Assembly (NCBI RefSeq): GCF_001194135.2 | Contig: NC_068990.1 | Span: 31,502,831-31,566,830, forward strand | Source of the DNA: Octopus bimaculoides | Lineage: Eukaryota | Length of the DNA: 64,000 nt | Direction: 5' to 3' | Part shown: piece by piece, positions 13,187-25,309 of the stretch | Layout: each line of letters starts with the position of its first letter | Numbering within the stretch: position 1 is the first letter of the stretch | The notes under the pieces: generated by a model | What the model saw: only the letters and a program-made list of their open reading frames with translations | Told to the model about the DNA's origin: nothing | Databases searched by the model: none | Translations under genes and position numbers: made by a program

Positions 13187-13484
13187 GTATGTGAGAAATT
13201 GAAAACTCTAAAACTATATTCCTTTAAGTGAAGAAAGAAAAGATAAGAAATAATATATATATATTGTCAATGGATCATATATCTGAAAACGAAGCACACT
13301 CTAAAATTTACAGCAGTAATGTATTTACATAAAGTTAAATATATGTCCAGTCATAGGGTGACCAATGGTTTCACATTCATAAACTACTTAGCTTTATAGT
13401 GCTTTGTAGATGTGAAGTCATTGGTCACTGTATGACTGGACATATATTTAACTTCATATAAATATATATATGTGTGTGTGTATA

Positions 13485-14210
13485 GAGGGTGTTTCAAAAA
13501 ATTTGATATCATTTCGCAATCTGATAACTTTGCCAGTTCTTGTTCAAATGACCTCAAATTTTAACAGCATGTGTAGAAACGGGTCAAAATTTTATGTTTA
13601 ATGTTTGATATATTTATCTTTTCAGATACAGAAATGGCATTCACTGGAAGAGTAAAGGCGTTTTGTGTGTTGGAGTGTGCTCAAACACAGTCGAACAAGA
13701 CTGTGCAGCGTGCATTTGTGGGCAAGTCCTCTAAAATGTCACCAAAAGTAATGCAGATTTGGGCATGGAAGAAAAAATTCAAAGAGGAAGGCTGTCTGTG
13801 CAGGGCAAAAGGATCTGGATGACCACTAACATCGGAAGAGATGGTCAAGTGAGTTCACCAAAAACTCTTGCAAATCCCCAAGAAGTCCATAAGAAGAACA
13901 AATCTGTAAACCCAGATTCCCCCCAAAACAGTTTGGTGCATGCTGAGGAAATGCTTGCTAATGAAACTCTTCAAGCTGCAGCTCATTCAGGCCATAATGG
14001 CAGATGACAAGCAAAAGTGGAAACAATTGTGCTGGTATGCAAGAGAAACTTGAAGAAGCCGAGTTCAAGGAATGTCTTGTTTTCAGTGATGAGGCCACAT
14101 TTCATATGAATAGCAAAGTTAATAAGCATAATGTTCGCAGTTGGGGTGAAGAATATCCCCATGCCACAGTTGAGCATGCGGGTGGTGCACATATTGAACA
14201 TTTGTGAAAT
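13485..14210 (+). mobile_element. Tc1/mariner-superfamily transposon with a DUF4817-like HTH, internally deleted
   Basis: Starts TA|GAGGGTGTTTCAAAAA; MAFTGRVKAFCVLECAQTQSNKTVQRAF; LVFSDEATFHMNSKVNKHNVRSWG joined directly to C-terminal GGAHIEHL*. 3' TIR not found. Confidence 0.85.
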
Positions 14211-14878
14211 TGTTCATGGAATCTGCACACCTCTGGATTTCTCTTTGGAGAATACAAAGTAAGCATGGTATAGATATCCATGGAGTAGAGCTCTGATAAA
14301 GGAGACCTTCAAATCTCAATTCCTTAATCCAGGGCAGATGCTTTCAGTGTAGAAAGTTGGTTATAAGAACGATCCTAGTCAAGCTGGCATGGAAATAGAA
14401 AAGCAGATAAACACCAGTAGACTTAATGCATATGTTTACATGCAATACAAAATGTATATATTTGAACAATCTTATCTTGACAGCTGTTCAAGTTGAACCA
14501 TGGCTTATGCTGTAACTACATTCATGCATAATAACAATCCATGATGTCATTGTTGTATGGATCAGTCAGGTAGAACCAGGTCACTCTCATGGAAGGATAT
14601 GCCTTTCTATTTATATATATAACAAATAACTATATGTGTGTGCTATCAAAACAGTATGGTGAACAATGATGGAATAGCAGTGAGTAAGGGCAAGAAGTAT
14701 CTGGCAGAGGTATGTGATCATAGGAGGGTGAATTAATATTGGTCATACACTCAAGGTATTAACAGTATAACATAACTTAGCTTAAATTAACCACCAATAA
14801 AATACATTCTTCAAGCGAATTAAAATTAGAAATTTGATCTTTAGATTTATTTGTGTCACATTTCTCTTAATATTACAG

Positions 14879-14917
14879 TCAGCATTTTTCAAGGCATGGT
14901 GTACTCATTATCACTGA
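14879..14917 (+). CDS. Candidate terminal coding exon SAFFKAWCTHYH*
   Basis: Acceptor TTTCTCTTAATATTACAG; phase 0 fits the previous exon; an alternative AG 4 nt downstream would give HFSRHGVLIITEKK. Confidence 0.25.
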   Translation, partial: SAFFKAWCTHYH

Positions 14918-15213
14918 GAAGAAAGTATTGTGTTTTAACTTCTTGTTTTACTTCTCTTAACTTTTTGTTGTACTGTATTTTTTTCATTATTGTTGGCTGT
15001 AAAATCTATCTTGCCAATGTCTATCAACAAGAACCATTTTATGATGCACCATTTGCTGTAACTTTGGTCCTTTTTGGTCTGGTTGTTTAACAAAATATAT
15101 CTTCAGGTAGTCATGAAACATAGATGAATGAGCCTAAAGAGTCAAATATAAACCACATTTAAAATGCTGCATCTATACATATTGACAAAACAAAATTTAT
15201 ACCTATCTGCTCA

Positions 15214-15264
<51 letters not shown>

Positions 15265-15652
15265 AGTAAAAATAAATACAAAAAAGGTGGGGTTTTTTTG
15301 TATGATTGTGTATAGAGGAATATATTATTTTGCTTAAAAGAGTTCCAACACTGTCTGTTTTTTATGTTTTATTTATATTCCTGCAGAACTAATGTGGGGT
15401 ATAGAATATGGAATATACAATATATAATATGATATACAATATACAATATAAAATAATATAAAATAAAATAAAATAAAAATGGATGGCACCATGAAAGAAA
15501 GTATTGAATGTAGATGAAATATTGAGTGTTCAATATAAAGGATCAAATATATAAATATATAAATATAAATATATATATATATAAAGGTGACTCGAGTTTC
15601 AGGGCTATTTCCCTTCGTCATGGCCGGTATGACAGACTTTAACAGACAATAA

Positions 15653-15864
15653 TTTGACTCAGCTCTATGTGGCTTAAAATTTCCTGGGCATATAGGATGG
15701 ATACATTTCATCAGTTATTGAGAGGTGGGTAAGGGATTTGAGACAAATCCAAGATGGCTTCTAAATGTTTGGTCAGTTCAAATCCTTTGCTCTTCTCCCA
15801 ATATCTGATGAGATGGATCCATCCTTCATCCATGAAACTTTAAGTTATATGGAGCTGAGTCAAA
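15653..15864. repeat. Fold-back element, MITE-like
   Basis: Arms 15653-15741 and 15778-15864 are imperfect reverse complements; 36-nt loop. Confidence 0.85.
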
Positions 15865-16124
15865 CTGTTATTACCAAAAGTATATGTAATTCCTACCAAA
15901 TGTGTTGTCCACTCACTCATATGTATATGTGTGTATGTGTATACATACATACACACATGCATNNNNNNNNNNNNNNNNNNNNNNNNNNNNNNNNNNNNNN
16001 NNNNNNNNNNNNNNNNNNNNNNNNNNNNNNNNNNNNNNNNNNNNNNNNNNNNNNNNNNNNNNNNNNNNNNNNNNNNNNNNNNNNNNNNNNNNNNNNNNNN
16101 NNNNNNNNNNNNNNNNNNNNNNNN

Positions 16125-16187
<63 letters not shown>

Positions 16188-16399
16188 ATGTATATGCATG
16201 TATATAAAATAATTCTTTCATTCATTATATAAAACTGACTACATCCTTATCAGTTACTTTTAAAAGTATGTGTATTGCAATAACTTATACCTTATTTGAA
16301 TTTGAACTTCCAGTAACTGGTTTCATTAATAAATGTATAAATTATTTTTAAAAAGTAAGGAAAAGTAGAAAAAAAGTCAAACTTTTCTCTATTTCAATA

Positions 16400-16790
16400 G
16401 AAATACTTGGAAACTGCAAAGCAACTTAATAAAGAATGAATGGCTAGAAAATGAAAGATTTACCAAGACTTGATGCTAATCAATAAATCTTGGAAGCTGA
16501 TGTCAATATTGATCAGTCATGGTCATTTAGCCATGATATTCTGATTATATGTGCTATAAAGTTGACTATTGGGATGCAAGTTTAATAGAAAGTTTTCCCG
16601 GATGAAATGTCATTTTTATGTCAAAGAAAATAGCATCTTTGACTATAAAAGCTTGAGATGAAGAATTTGAGAGATGGCCTAATCCAGAAAATTGAGTAAA
16701 AATCATATTAAATATGCTACTTAAATAGACAGTATCAAACCATCTATGCAAGCAGTCAAAGTAGTGGCCATGTTATTTCAATATATTTGC
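16400..16790 (+). mobile_element. Highly decayed LINE AP-endonuclease remnant
   Basis: Stop-ridden KENSI...SRKLSKNHIKY resembles the C-EN-L...W-SPDG-KNQIDY segment of APE domains. Confidence 0.35.
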
Positions 16791-17429
16791 CAATCTGCCA
16801 TAATCAATGTTTATTTTCTTTTTCCTTTCAAAGATATTTGCTTTGCTTTATTCTCCAGTTTAGTTTGTTTTTAACCTTTAATATTAAGCATTGTCATAGT
16901 TGATTTCTTTAGGGTTAGGCTTTCTTTCTATACTTTTTTAGCAACAATAATTTGTTTTATATTTTTCCTATTATTGCCAGAAAAGCAGATGTATCATGAA
17001 TATATAATTTTGGCATAAAAATAAATAGGGAATAGAATCAGTTGGTTGATATCATTTGATGACAAAATATAGTATATGAAAGAAGTAAAAATAATTTAAA
17101 GTTTGTACTTAGATTATATGTTCAAGTAGTTTAGATGTATAAAAATAAACAGTTAAGAAATTTACATGAACTAACACAAACAACACTTTATCATTTAAAA
17201 CTAATCGGTAGTTGTTTTTTTTTTATTAAAGTTGTGAGAATCATTGAGTGTTGGACACATTTTTATATATAAAACGAACCCCAAATATAATGTTAATTTT
17301 ACTTCTGTGGTTGCTTGGCCCCAATAGTTTGAGGATTGGAAGGAAATAATAATTCATTGAGTGGTAATATTTGTATATTTGAACATGTGCTGAAAACTGC
17401 TTCCCAGCTACCCATGCACTTTCCTTTTT

Positions 17430-17790
17430 AAGTCCACAACTTCAAAGCAACTACAGATAATGTAGGTACAATAAAAAAGTAGGTTCAGAGAGATTAGTGA
17501 AATTCTTGAGCAAAGGCATGTGTGCTGTATGCAAAAATGAGATGGAGGAATTCCCCAATGAGACTTACCACAGATAAGGAACAAAGGTATAAATTCTTCT
17601 GGGTAGGCAAAAGTGATGGCATACTTCTGCTAAAGAAATGAATAAATAATGTGATTGAGCTAGTCAGAGTATATGATAGGATAATCTTAGATTAGTCTTG
17701 GAAAATGTGACGATGACATTTTCTCTGCATATACTCCTCATGTACAGAAGGACTGGTGACTTGTGACGATGGTAAAGATATAATGAATAT
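17430..17790 (+). mobile_element. RTE AP-endonuclease fragment
   Basis: NVGTIKK; KEQRYKFFWVGKSDG; IELVRVYDRII; SAYTPH. Confidence 0.8.
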
Positions 17791-17864
17791 AGTGATCTCC
17801 TTGTATCTGACCTTTGTGATGTTTATTTTATCAAGTTTATGGAGTTGAAAAGCTAAAGTGACTC

Positions 17865-18030
17865 AGAGGAGGCAGCTGTTGAAGACAGACTTGGCAGAAC
17901 ATCAGGCAATATCGAATTGTGTCCTATGGCATTCTGAGTTCAAATCCTGCTGGTGCTTTACCTTTCAAATTCCTAGGACCAATAAAATAAGTACCCATCA
18001 AGCATGAAAGTTAATTCAATTAATAACAAC
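17865..18030 (+). mobile_element. Decayed SINE family E
   Basis: TTGGCAGAA...TTCTGAGTTCAAAT...AAATAAGTACC core shared with 44006-44237. Confidence 0.6.
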
Positions 18031-18187
18031 TTCCCTCGTAATTTGTTTGAAATCATTGCATTTGAGAACTGAGAAAATAGACATATTAGGTCTGTAGATT
18101 GTAATGAGTTTGTCTTTTAGCTGTATGACACTTTTGTTTTAAGATATGGCTTTGAATGTTTGTCTTTAGTGGTGTTACTAATTCTAG

Positions 18188-18646
18188 ATGTGTGAGGCAC
18201 CCATGCCAACGTCGTCTCCTTCATTGGACACGAAACTCAGCTTGCGAAGACTTATTGGGGCAAGTGAAAGCGAAATTAGGATGGCACCTGTGCCCAGCGT
18301 CGCCTTTCCGGTACTTGTGCCCACAGCATGTGTAAGGACTTTCAAGCGAGATCATTGCCAGTGCCCCTGGACTGGCTCTTGTGCGGGTGGCACATAAAAC
18401 ACACCATTTCGAGCGTGGCCGTTGCCAGTATCGCCTGACTGGCCTTCGTGCGGGTGACACGTAAAAGCACCTACTACACTCTCGGAGTGGTTGGCGTTAG
18501 GAAGGGCATCCAGCTGTAGAAACTCTGCCAAATCAGATTGGAGCCTGGTGTAGCCTTCGGGCTCCACCAGTCCTCAGTCAAATCATCCAACCCATGCTAG
18601 CATGGAAAGCGGATGTTAAACGATGATGATGATGATGATGATGATG
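18188..18646 (+). mobile_element. Young retroposon 3' end (family B type) with internal ~55-60 bp direct repeats and (GAT)n tail
   Basis: CpG-rich; TTGCCAGT...GACTGGC...GTGCGGGTG-CAC-TAAAA occurs twice; ends CCCATGCTAGCATGGAAAGCGGATGTTAAACGATGATG. Confidence 0.8.
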
Positions 18647-19199
18647 AGTAGTACTCCAGTGATTGTGTGCATGTATGCTGTATGTGTGTGTGTATTTGTA
18701 TATGTTTTATGTGAGAAAAAGTTAAATGCTTGTCCTTCTTTGAGTACTAATACAAAAATATTCCACTAGTTGGTAGAGCAATGGGTCCAAACATTTGAAG
18801 GATATTTTCAATGAAATCTTTCAAGACAAATTATCTCAATTTTAAAACTACTCCTTCAGAAAAGACATCACCTAACAAGCATAAATATAAAACCAAATGT
18901 GCTAACTGAAAAAGGGGCTTAACAAAGTCAGAAGAGAATATTAGCAAATTAATGCTTCTTTACTTGTCTTCTAAATTGCTGCAAAACAACAGCTTGGAGA
19001 AGCAGTAGAATTAAAGAAAGGCCAAACAATAAAATGGACCACCATGGGTTTTGAAAATGACAAAAAGCATTGTTTATTTACATAAAACTATAAGTTATGT
19101 TGCATTACTTATCACAAATAAGCTGTCAAATAAACCTGCTTCTCATCAACAAAAAGTGAAAAATAAAAATGAAAATTGCTTGGAGATTGTAAAAAGAGA

Positions 19200-20830
19200 A
19201 CACAGGAATGCAGACTAAAATATCCTTACTCAGGATCTGAAAGCCACCATTGAAAAACTTAGATATCAGAAGAGAAGGGCTAAAAGTAAAACTTCAGTGA
19301 AACCATTTAACAGTCTACTGAGACATAAGGAGACAATCAATAAATATCATGGAAGATCCTTCCCAGAATCATTCTAGAGAAAAATCTGGTGTGAGGCAAA
19401 GGAATTTAATCAGAATGCAAGGTGGCTACAAGAAATACAGAACGAATATTATTTCTGTATTAAACCAAAAACACAGCATCAAGGGTGAGATTCTTGAGAT
19501 TTTGATCCCAAAAGTTTAAGATAGATATGGACTTCTTGTCAGATATGGATACAAACAACTAAACATTTATTGGCAGTCTCTCAACAATCAACAAGCTCTC
19601 AATGTTGACATAAATATACCAGTCTGGTTAGTATTGACAGGAACAAAACTGATACCCTACAATAATGTTACTCACCTGGTGAAAAAAACTACCAACAAAT
19701 TGCATTTGAGAATCTCACGTTCTAAACATATACAGCTTATATAAATCTATTTCTCCAAGATCATTGTGATAATAATATTATCAGAACTGAACAAGCACCT
19801 GGAAAGAAAGAAGTTTTTTTTTGGGGTGGGGAGGTGAAACAACCTTGATCGACAAAACAATGATATCAGGAGTGTGATAGTGTAAGAGGAACTTGATCAC
19901 AGTCTAGTTGGATTACAAGAAAGAATTTGACTATGTGACTGATTTGTGAACGCTTTAACTTACTAAAGTTTTGAAGCCCTTGACAACCTGACTTCATCCA
20001 AGGTTACCATTCTGAACTTAAGTGCAGGAACTGGTTCTATTGCAGAGGTATATTTCAGGGTGACAGTCTCTCTTTGATGCTATTTATACTTTCAGCAAAC
20101 CCCTCTATCATTTTTAAAGGCAATCTGAAGGATAATTAAGTGGCTTACAAAGGACAGAAAACACCAACCAAACACTGCTTCCATGTGGATGATTTGAAAA
20201 TATATGCCAAGAACGTGGATGGTGTGCAAGAAAGTTTTGGCATAGTCATGACACTCAAAAGATATAGGGATTGAGTTTAGCTAGGCTAAATGTTCTTACA
20301 TGGTTGTAAAGTAAGATAGAACTATGAGTCCCTCTAGTAACATTACAGTCCATGGTTTCTAATATCAGATGAAGAATGTTACAGGTATTTAGGAACAGAT
20401 AAAAATATTTCCTGTAATGGCACCTATAACAAGGAATGGGTAATCAGTGAATATAATGCCAGGATAAAGAAAATATGTTCCTTAGAACTTTATGCATGCA
20501 TTAAATCCATTTCCCATAAAGTGTTTGTTGTACCAGTGCTGATATTAGCATTTAGGCTACTTGGTTGGACATAAGGTGAGATCAGAGCTAATAATGTTAA
20601 AACCTGGAAATTATTAACCTATATCAAGAATTTCCATGTCAAAATTTGATGTAACTGCATTTACTTTAAATGAAAACAAAGTGGCAGATACTTAACATCA
20701 ATCCAAACAGCCTTTGAATGTCATATTATATTCTTTTCCCAACATCTACTAATCACTGAATGTCAATGTCCTGCCATGGATGAAGCCTGTATAGATGATG
20801 TTGATCATCTAAGTATGAATTGGACATGAC
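19200..20830 (+). mobile_element. Decayed R4/Dong-like LINE reverse transcriptase
   Basis: KIWCEAKEFNQNARWLQEI; IDKTMI; LDYKKEFDYV; FQGDSLS; HVDDLKIYAK; YRYLG; many stops and frameshifts. Confidence 0.8.
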
Positions 20831-21022
20831 TGTCTGATTAGGAATTATAAGTTTATTTTCATACAGTGATTTGGTTGTGGACTGGTTCTGTACTTATGTG
20901 AACATGAGAGAGGGGGGAAGGGAAGAGGAGAGGGAGAGAGAGAAAGAGAGAGTAGAGTATATGTGGAACACATAGTGTAGCCCTTAAGCTAGTAGGAGTT
21001 AAGTCTTTTTTGTTGTTGACTC

Positions 21023-21063
<41 letters not shown>

Positions 21064-21737
21064 CACGTCTGACTATCAAACAGCAGATGATAGAGAAAAG
21101 TACCTATGTCTATTCCTGCTGCTCATTGGTTCAATCTCTCAGTTCATTTGTGCTCCATCATTCAGGCACACACATTCACATATAGAAGAATTTTCACATT
21201 GGAACATGTACTTAAATGCCCAGATATACTTAAAACTGTTATATATGATTTTATATGGATATATTTATTCGACACTGCTTTGTATGACTTTATTTAACTC
21301 CTAGCTTGACCAGGCTTTGTGTACACCAGCAAATCAACAAATATATGCTCTTCTATAAATTCATTCTTATCAGACTATGAACGACCAATTTGGTGTTTGA
21401 AGTTGACAGTGTGAAAGGGTGAAGAAAAGGCACATTCATTTCACTGTCCAATGACTTCTTTCACAACCCAATGTATTTTCACACATGTCTAGGAGAAGAC
21501 ATTTTCTCCAGAACTATTTTTGCAGCAAAAGATCTTTCTACCTCACATCTGAATGTACTCAAATATGTTAAATACAACTTTATATGAATATGTTTATTCA
21601 ACACTGCTTCACACACACATGTGTTGATGTAACCACAGTATTCCTATGCTCTGATGAGCTAGCTTCCTTTATTTGTATTAATTTTTTAATATACAATTGT
21701 ACTGTATAATGCTGAGCATACACATTAATGCAAATAT

Positions 21738-21894
21738 GTAGGAGTGGCTGTGATGTAAGTAGCTTGCTTACCAACCACATGGTTCCGGGTTCAGTCCCAC
21801 TGCATGGCACCTTGAGCAAGTGTCTTCTACTATAGCTTCGGGCCGACCAAAGCCTTGTGAGTGGATTTGGTAGACGGAAGCTGAAAGAAGCCTG

Positions 21895-21936
<42 letters not shown>

Positions 21937-22120
21937 AACATCGCTTGACAATAGATGCTGATGTGTTTATGTCCCCATAACTTAGCAGTTTGGCAAAAGA
22001 GACCGATAGAATAAATACTAGGCCTACAAAGAATAAGTTCTGGGGTCGATTTGTTCGACTAAAGGCAGTGGTCCATCATGGCTTCAGTCAAATGACTGAA
22101 ACAAATAAAAGAATAAAAGA
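21738..22120 (+). mobile_element. SINE family A, full length, with internal (GT)n
   Basis: Head GGAGTGGCTGTG...GGTTCAGTCCC; tail CAGTCAAATGACTGAAACAAATAAAAGA. Confidence 0.9.
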
Positions 22121-22150
22121 CTATATATATATATTTGTGTGTGTGTATGC

Positions 22151-22188
<38 letters not shown>

Positions 22189-22819
22189 CTGCTGTAATCA
22201 AACAAAAGCACAATTGCATGTTAAAAAAAGTGATCTGAGGAGAGTGATAACTGATAGCGCAAAAGAGAATTACATTCTCTTTTGTGCTATCAGTTATCAC
22301 TCTCTTTGGACCACTTTTTTTTAACAGCCATCCCTAATTTTTAATACCTTCCCTTCCTATTCTATTTTCCACTGATTGCCTCTTTCTGTGCCACTAGTTA
22401 TCTCTCCTTTTCCCATGAGCTATATTGTAAGACTGACATAACTTTTCCTCAACACCTTCTCATATCTTTTGTCTTTCTCAACGCCTTCTCATATCTGCCA
22501 TCAATACACTCCATCCTTGTCTGTCACTATATCTACCTCTATGTACCTTTAACTTCTATCTCTGTCACTGTACATTTTTCTCTCTCTACTACACTCTAAC
22601 CTCACAGATTAACTCCCTATTTCTCATCCATCTACAGTATTATTACACTGCTGTTCCCTACCCTTTCTGTACTGTTACATACCATCACCTCCTACCGAAG
22701 CCATTCCTATTTCTTTCTTGACCTTACCAAACTGATATTTAACATTGACCACACTTCCGCTTCCATCTTTCTTCACTATTCACTATATTCACTTTTATCC
22801 CTATCTCAAGTCATCAGTC

Positions 22820-22984
22820 TGTTTGTGTCGACGCCCCCAAGCGAAGAAGTAGGATCACCCAAGACATATAAATAGAGGTAGTCTGACTGTGGTAGGGAGT
22901 TGAGTAGCTGATGAGTAGCTCTTGGGTAGCAGTCGAGTAGAGATCATCCGAAGGTACAAGATAGCAGTAGCTTGAGACATAACA
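22820..22984 (+). mobile_element. Putative 165-bp solo LTR
   Basis: TGTT...AACA termini; near-identical 5-bp flanks CAGTC (22815-22819) and CAATC (22985-22989); TATAAATAG at 22867-22875; absent from the paralogous host copy near 51827. Confidence 0.65.
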
Positions 22985-23354
22985 CAATCACTTTCATCTT
23001 ACACTCTTACTAAGTTACCTACCTACACTTCTCAATCATGTTTGTACTCTCTCTCTCTCTCTCTCTCTCTCTTATACTCACCTTCTTGTACCTTGAGAGT
23101 ATGCTCTGACACCTTATTACAACCATCTTCATCTCTCTTTCCAGCTACTTCCACCCACTCTTATATAATGCAGGTAGCCATGTATTTCCTTGTTCCTGTC
23201 TTCCTATTGTACTTTGGTCCCTCAACACCTGGTATATAACCATGTCCCTCTCCACTATACACCACCTCAGTCAAGGGTGCTTTTTGTTTGTTGTGTGAGT
23301 TATTTGGACACCTCACTAGTGCTGCTGCCATAGAAAAGCTCCCAGTACACTGTT

Positions 23355-23611
23355 CTTCAGCAAGATACTTTATTTCACGTTGCTCCAGTTCACTCAGCTG
23401 AAGAAATGTGTTGTGACATCACTGGTGTCAAGCTGTATCAGCCTTTGCCTTTCTTTTGATAACATTAGTGACATTGAGAGGTGATGCTGGTATGCATGGG
23501 CGACTGCTGGTCTTCGATAAGTGACCTTGCCTGGACTTGTACCTCGAAGAGTAACTTTCTAAGTGCAATTCCATGGTCATTCATGACCGAAGGGGGTTTT
23601 TACTCTTTTTT
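23355..23611 (+). mobile_element. 5'-truncated retroposon nested in the family-B tail
   Basis: Perfect 9-bp TSD TACACTGTT at 23346-23354 and 23612-23620; the host tail resumes after it. Confidence 0.8.
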
Positions 23612-23786
23612 TACACTGTTAAGTGGGTTGCATTAGGAAGAGCATACAACTATAGAAATCATGTCAAAGTAGAGAATGGAGCTTAGTGCAATCCTTCAGC
23701 TTGTCAGATCCTATTGAACCTTGTTATCCATACCAGCATGCAAGATAGATGTTAAATGATGATGATAATGTATATGTGTACATATG

Positions 23787-24615
23787 CAGGGTGCGATGGG
23801 TAAATTGTCACTATTTTATATTTTTAATTTCACGCAAGCACATTATTTGTTTTTGATTTTGTCACCTACACAGTATAGGAGGGTTAGTTGGGCATCATCT
23901 GTGAGAAAAACAGCACCATGACGCAATTCAGTCTGCCAGAAATTTGGAAACGACATGCTGTACTGCATGGCATTCATGCCAGAAGCTCCAATACGAACAG
24001 ATGGTGAACACACAGAACAACCGTTGGCTTGCTGTGTCCCCAAAACATGTACCAAGAGTGATAAAAATCAAGCTTCCAGTTAACATTATGGTGTTTGGAG
24101 TGATCACTAGTGATGGTGACGTTATGCCTCCAGTCATCTTCCCATACGACCTCAGACTCAACAGGGAGGCCTACATCAATTGCCTGGAGTACCACCCTAG
24201 GTCAAGAGGATGGCTGTTGAAAGATGCTATGTCTGGCAACAAGACTCTGCACCAAGCCACACAAGCAGGAGAACCCAGTCATGACTGTCAGCCAATTTCT
24301 GCGACCACATCACTCCTAACATCTGGCCACCTAACTCCCCAGGCTGCAACCCCCTTGCTTATTATGAGTGGGGTGCAGTTGAGAGAGAGACCAACAAAAC
24401 TCTTGTAACACCAAAGATGAACTGACGGCAAGGATTATGGCAGGACTGACCAACTTACATAAGAAGACTGTCCAGAAGAGTTGCAAGAGATACCAAAGTC
24501 ATCTGGGGACCATGGTTAAAGCCAATGGCAATTTTATTGAATAAATTTATTCTTTAGTATTTCAAGATATTTTTAAGAAATTTGGGTAAATATATCTGTT
24601 TAAATGAGACGTCAG
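23787..24615 (+). mobile_element. DD37D (maT-type) transposon, internally deleted, 3' end missing
   Basis: Starts CAGGGTG; MVFGVITSDG; VWQQDSAPSH; WPPNSPGCNPLAYYEWGAVE; ends KANGNFIE*. Confidence 0.85.
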
Positions 24616-24905
24616 AAATTTTTAATCATAAAAACATCTTTCTGGTACAAGTTTAAATGATTTTCTTGTAAGGTATGAATTTTTTTATAAAAAAAATCTA
24701 TCACAATTCAGAATTGTTTTAGCAGAAAGTGTCCATATCTGTTTTTGAGCTTAATGGTTTGATCATATACAAAGAAAATGAAAAGTTAGTGTGCACCACA
24801 TGTTTTCAATTGACTTACAAATGCATGAGAAATACAGTCAATAAAGTATTAAGAGATATTTCAATGAGTGAGTGCATTGTAATAGCTTTGAAACATGAAG
24901 TAGAA
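24616..24905 (+). repeat. Diverged copy of 30631-30880, the 3' flank of the LicD-like pseudogene
   Basis: Long identical runs (GTACAAGTTTAAATGATTTTCTTGTAAG; CACATGTTTTCAATTGACTTACAAATGCATGAGAAATACA); AATAAA in both copies. Confidence 0.9.
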
Positions 24906-25268
24906 NNNNNNNNNNNNNNNNNNNNNNNNNNNNNNNNNNNNNNNNNNNNNNNNNNNNNNNNNNNNNNNNNNNNNNNNNNNNNNNNNNNNNNNNNNNNNNN
25001 NNNNNNNNNNNNNNNNNNNNNNNNNNNNNNNNNNNNNNNNNNNNNNNNNNNNNNNNNNNNNNNNNNNNNNNNNNNNNNNNNNNNNNNNNNNNNNNNNNNN
25101 NNNNNNNNNNNNNNNNNNNNNNNNNNNNNNNNNNNNNNNNNNNNNNNNCATACACACACACACACACACATGCACACACACATACAAACATGAGCAATAA
25201 ATTTTATTTCACTTTTATTTTATTTTATTCATTATATAATTTTACTCTTATATACTATAATTCATTAT

Positions 25269-25309
<41 letters not shown>

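Larger units (their letters stand above)
22320..23770. mobile_element. Repeat family C (pyrimidine-rich body plus family-B tail) hosting two nested insertions
   Basis: Body is the reverse complement of 51590-52330; tail ends CCATACCAGCATG...GTTAAATGATGATG. Confidence 0.7.

Noticed and set aside
14915-14917. TGA as a possible selenocysteine codon
   Set aside because: TAA follows within 7 codons, and I see no SECIS element or redox motif
16401-16439. Acceptor followed by KYLETAKQLNKE* as a last exon
   Set aside because: Lies at the start of what looks like a decayed LINE endonuclease; no independent support
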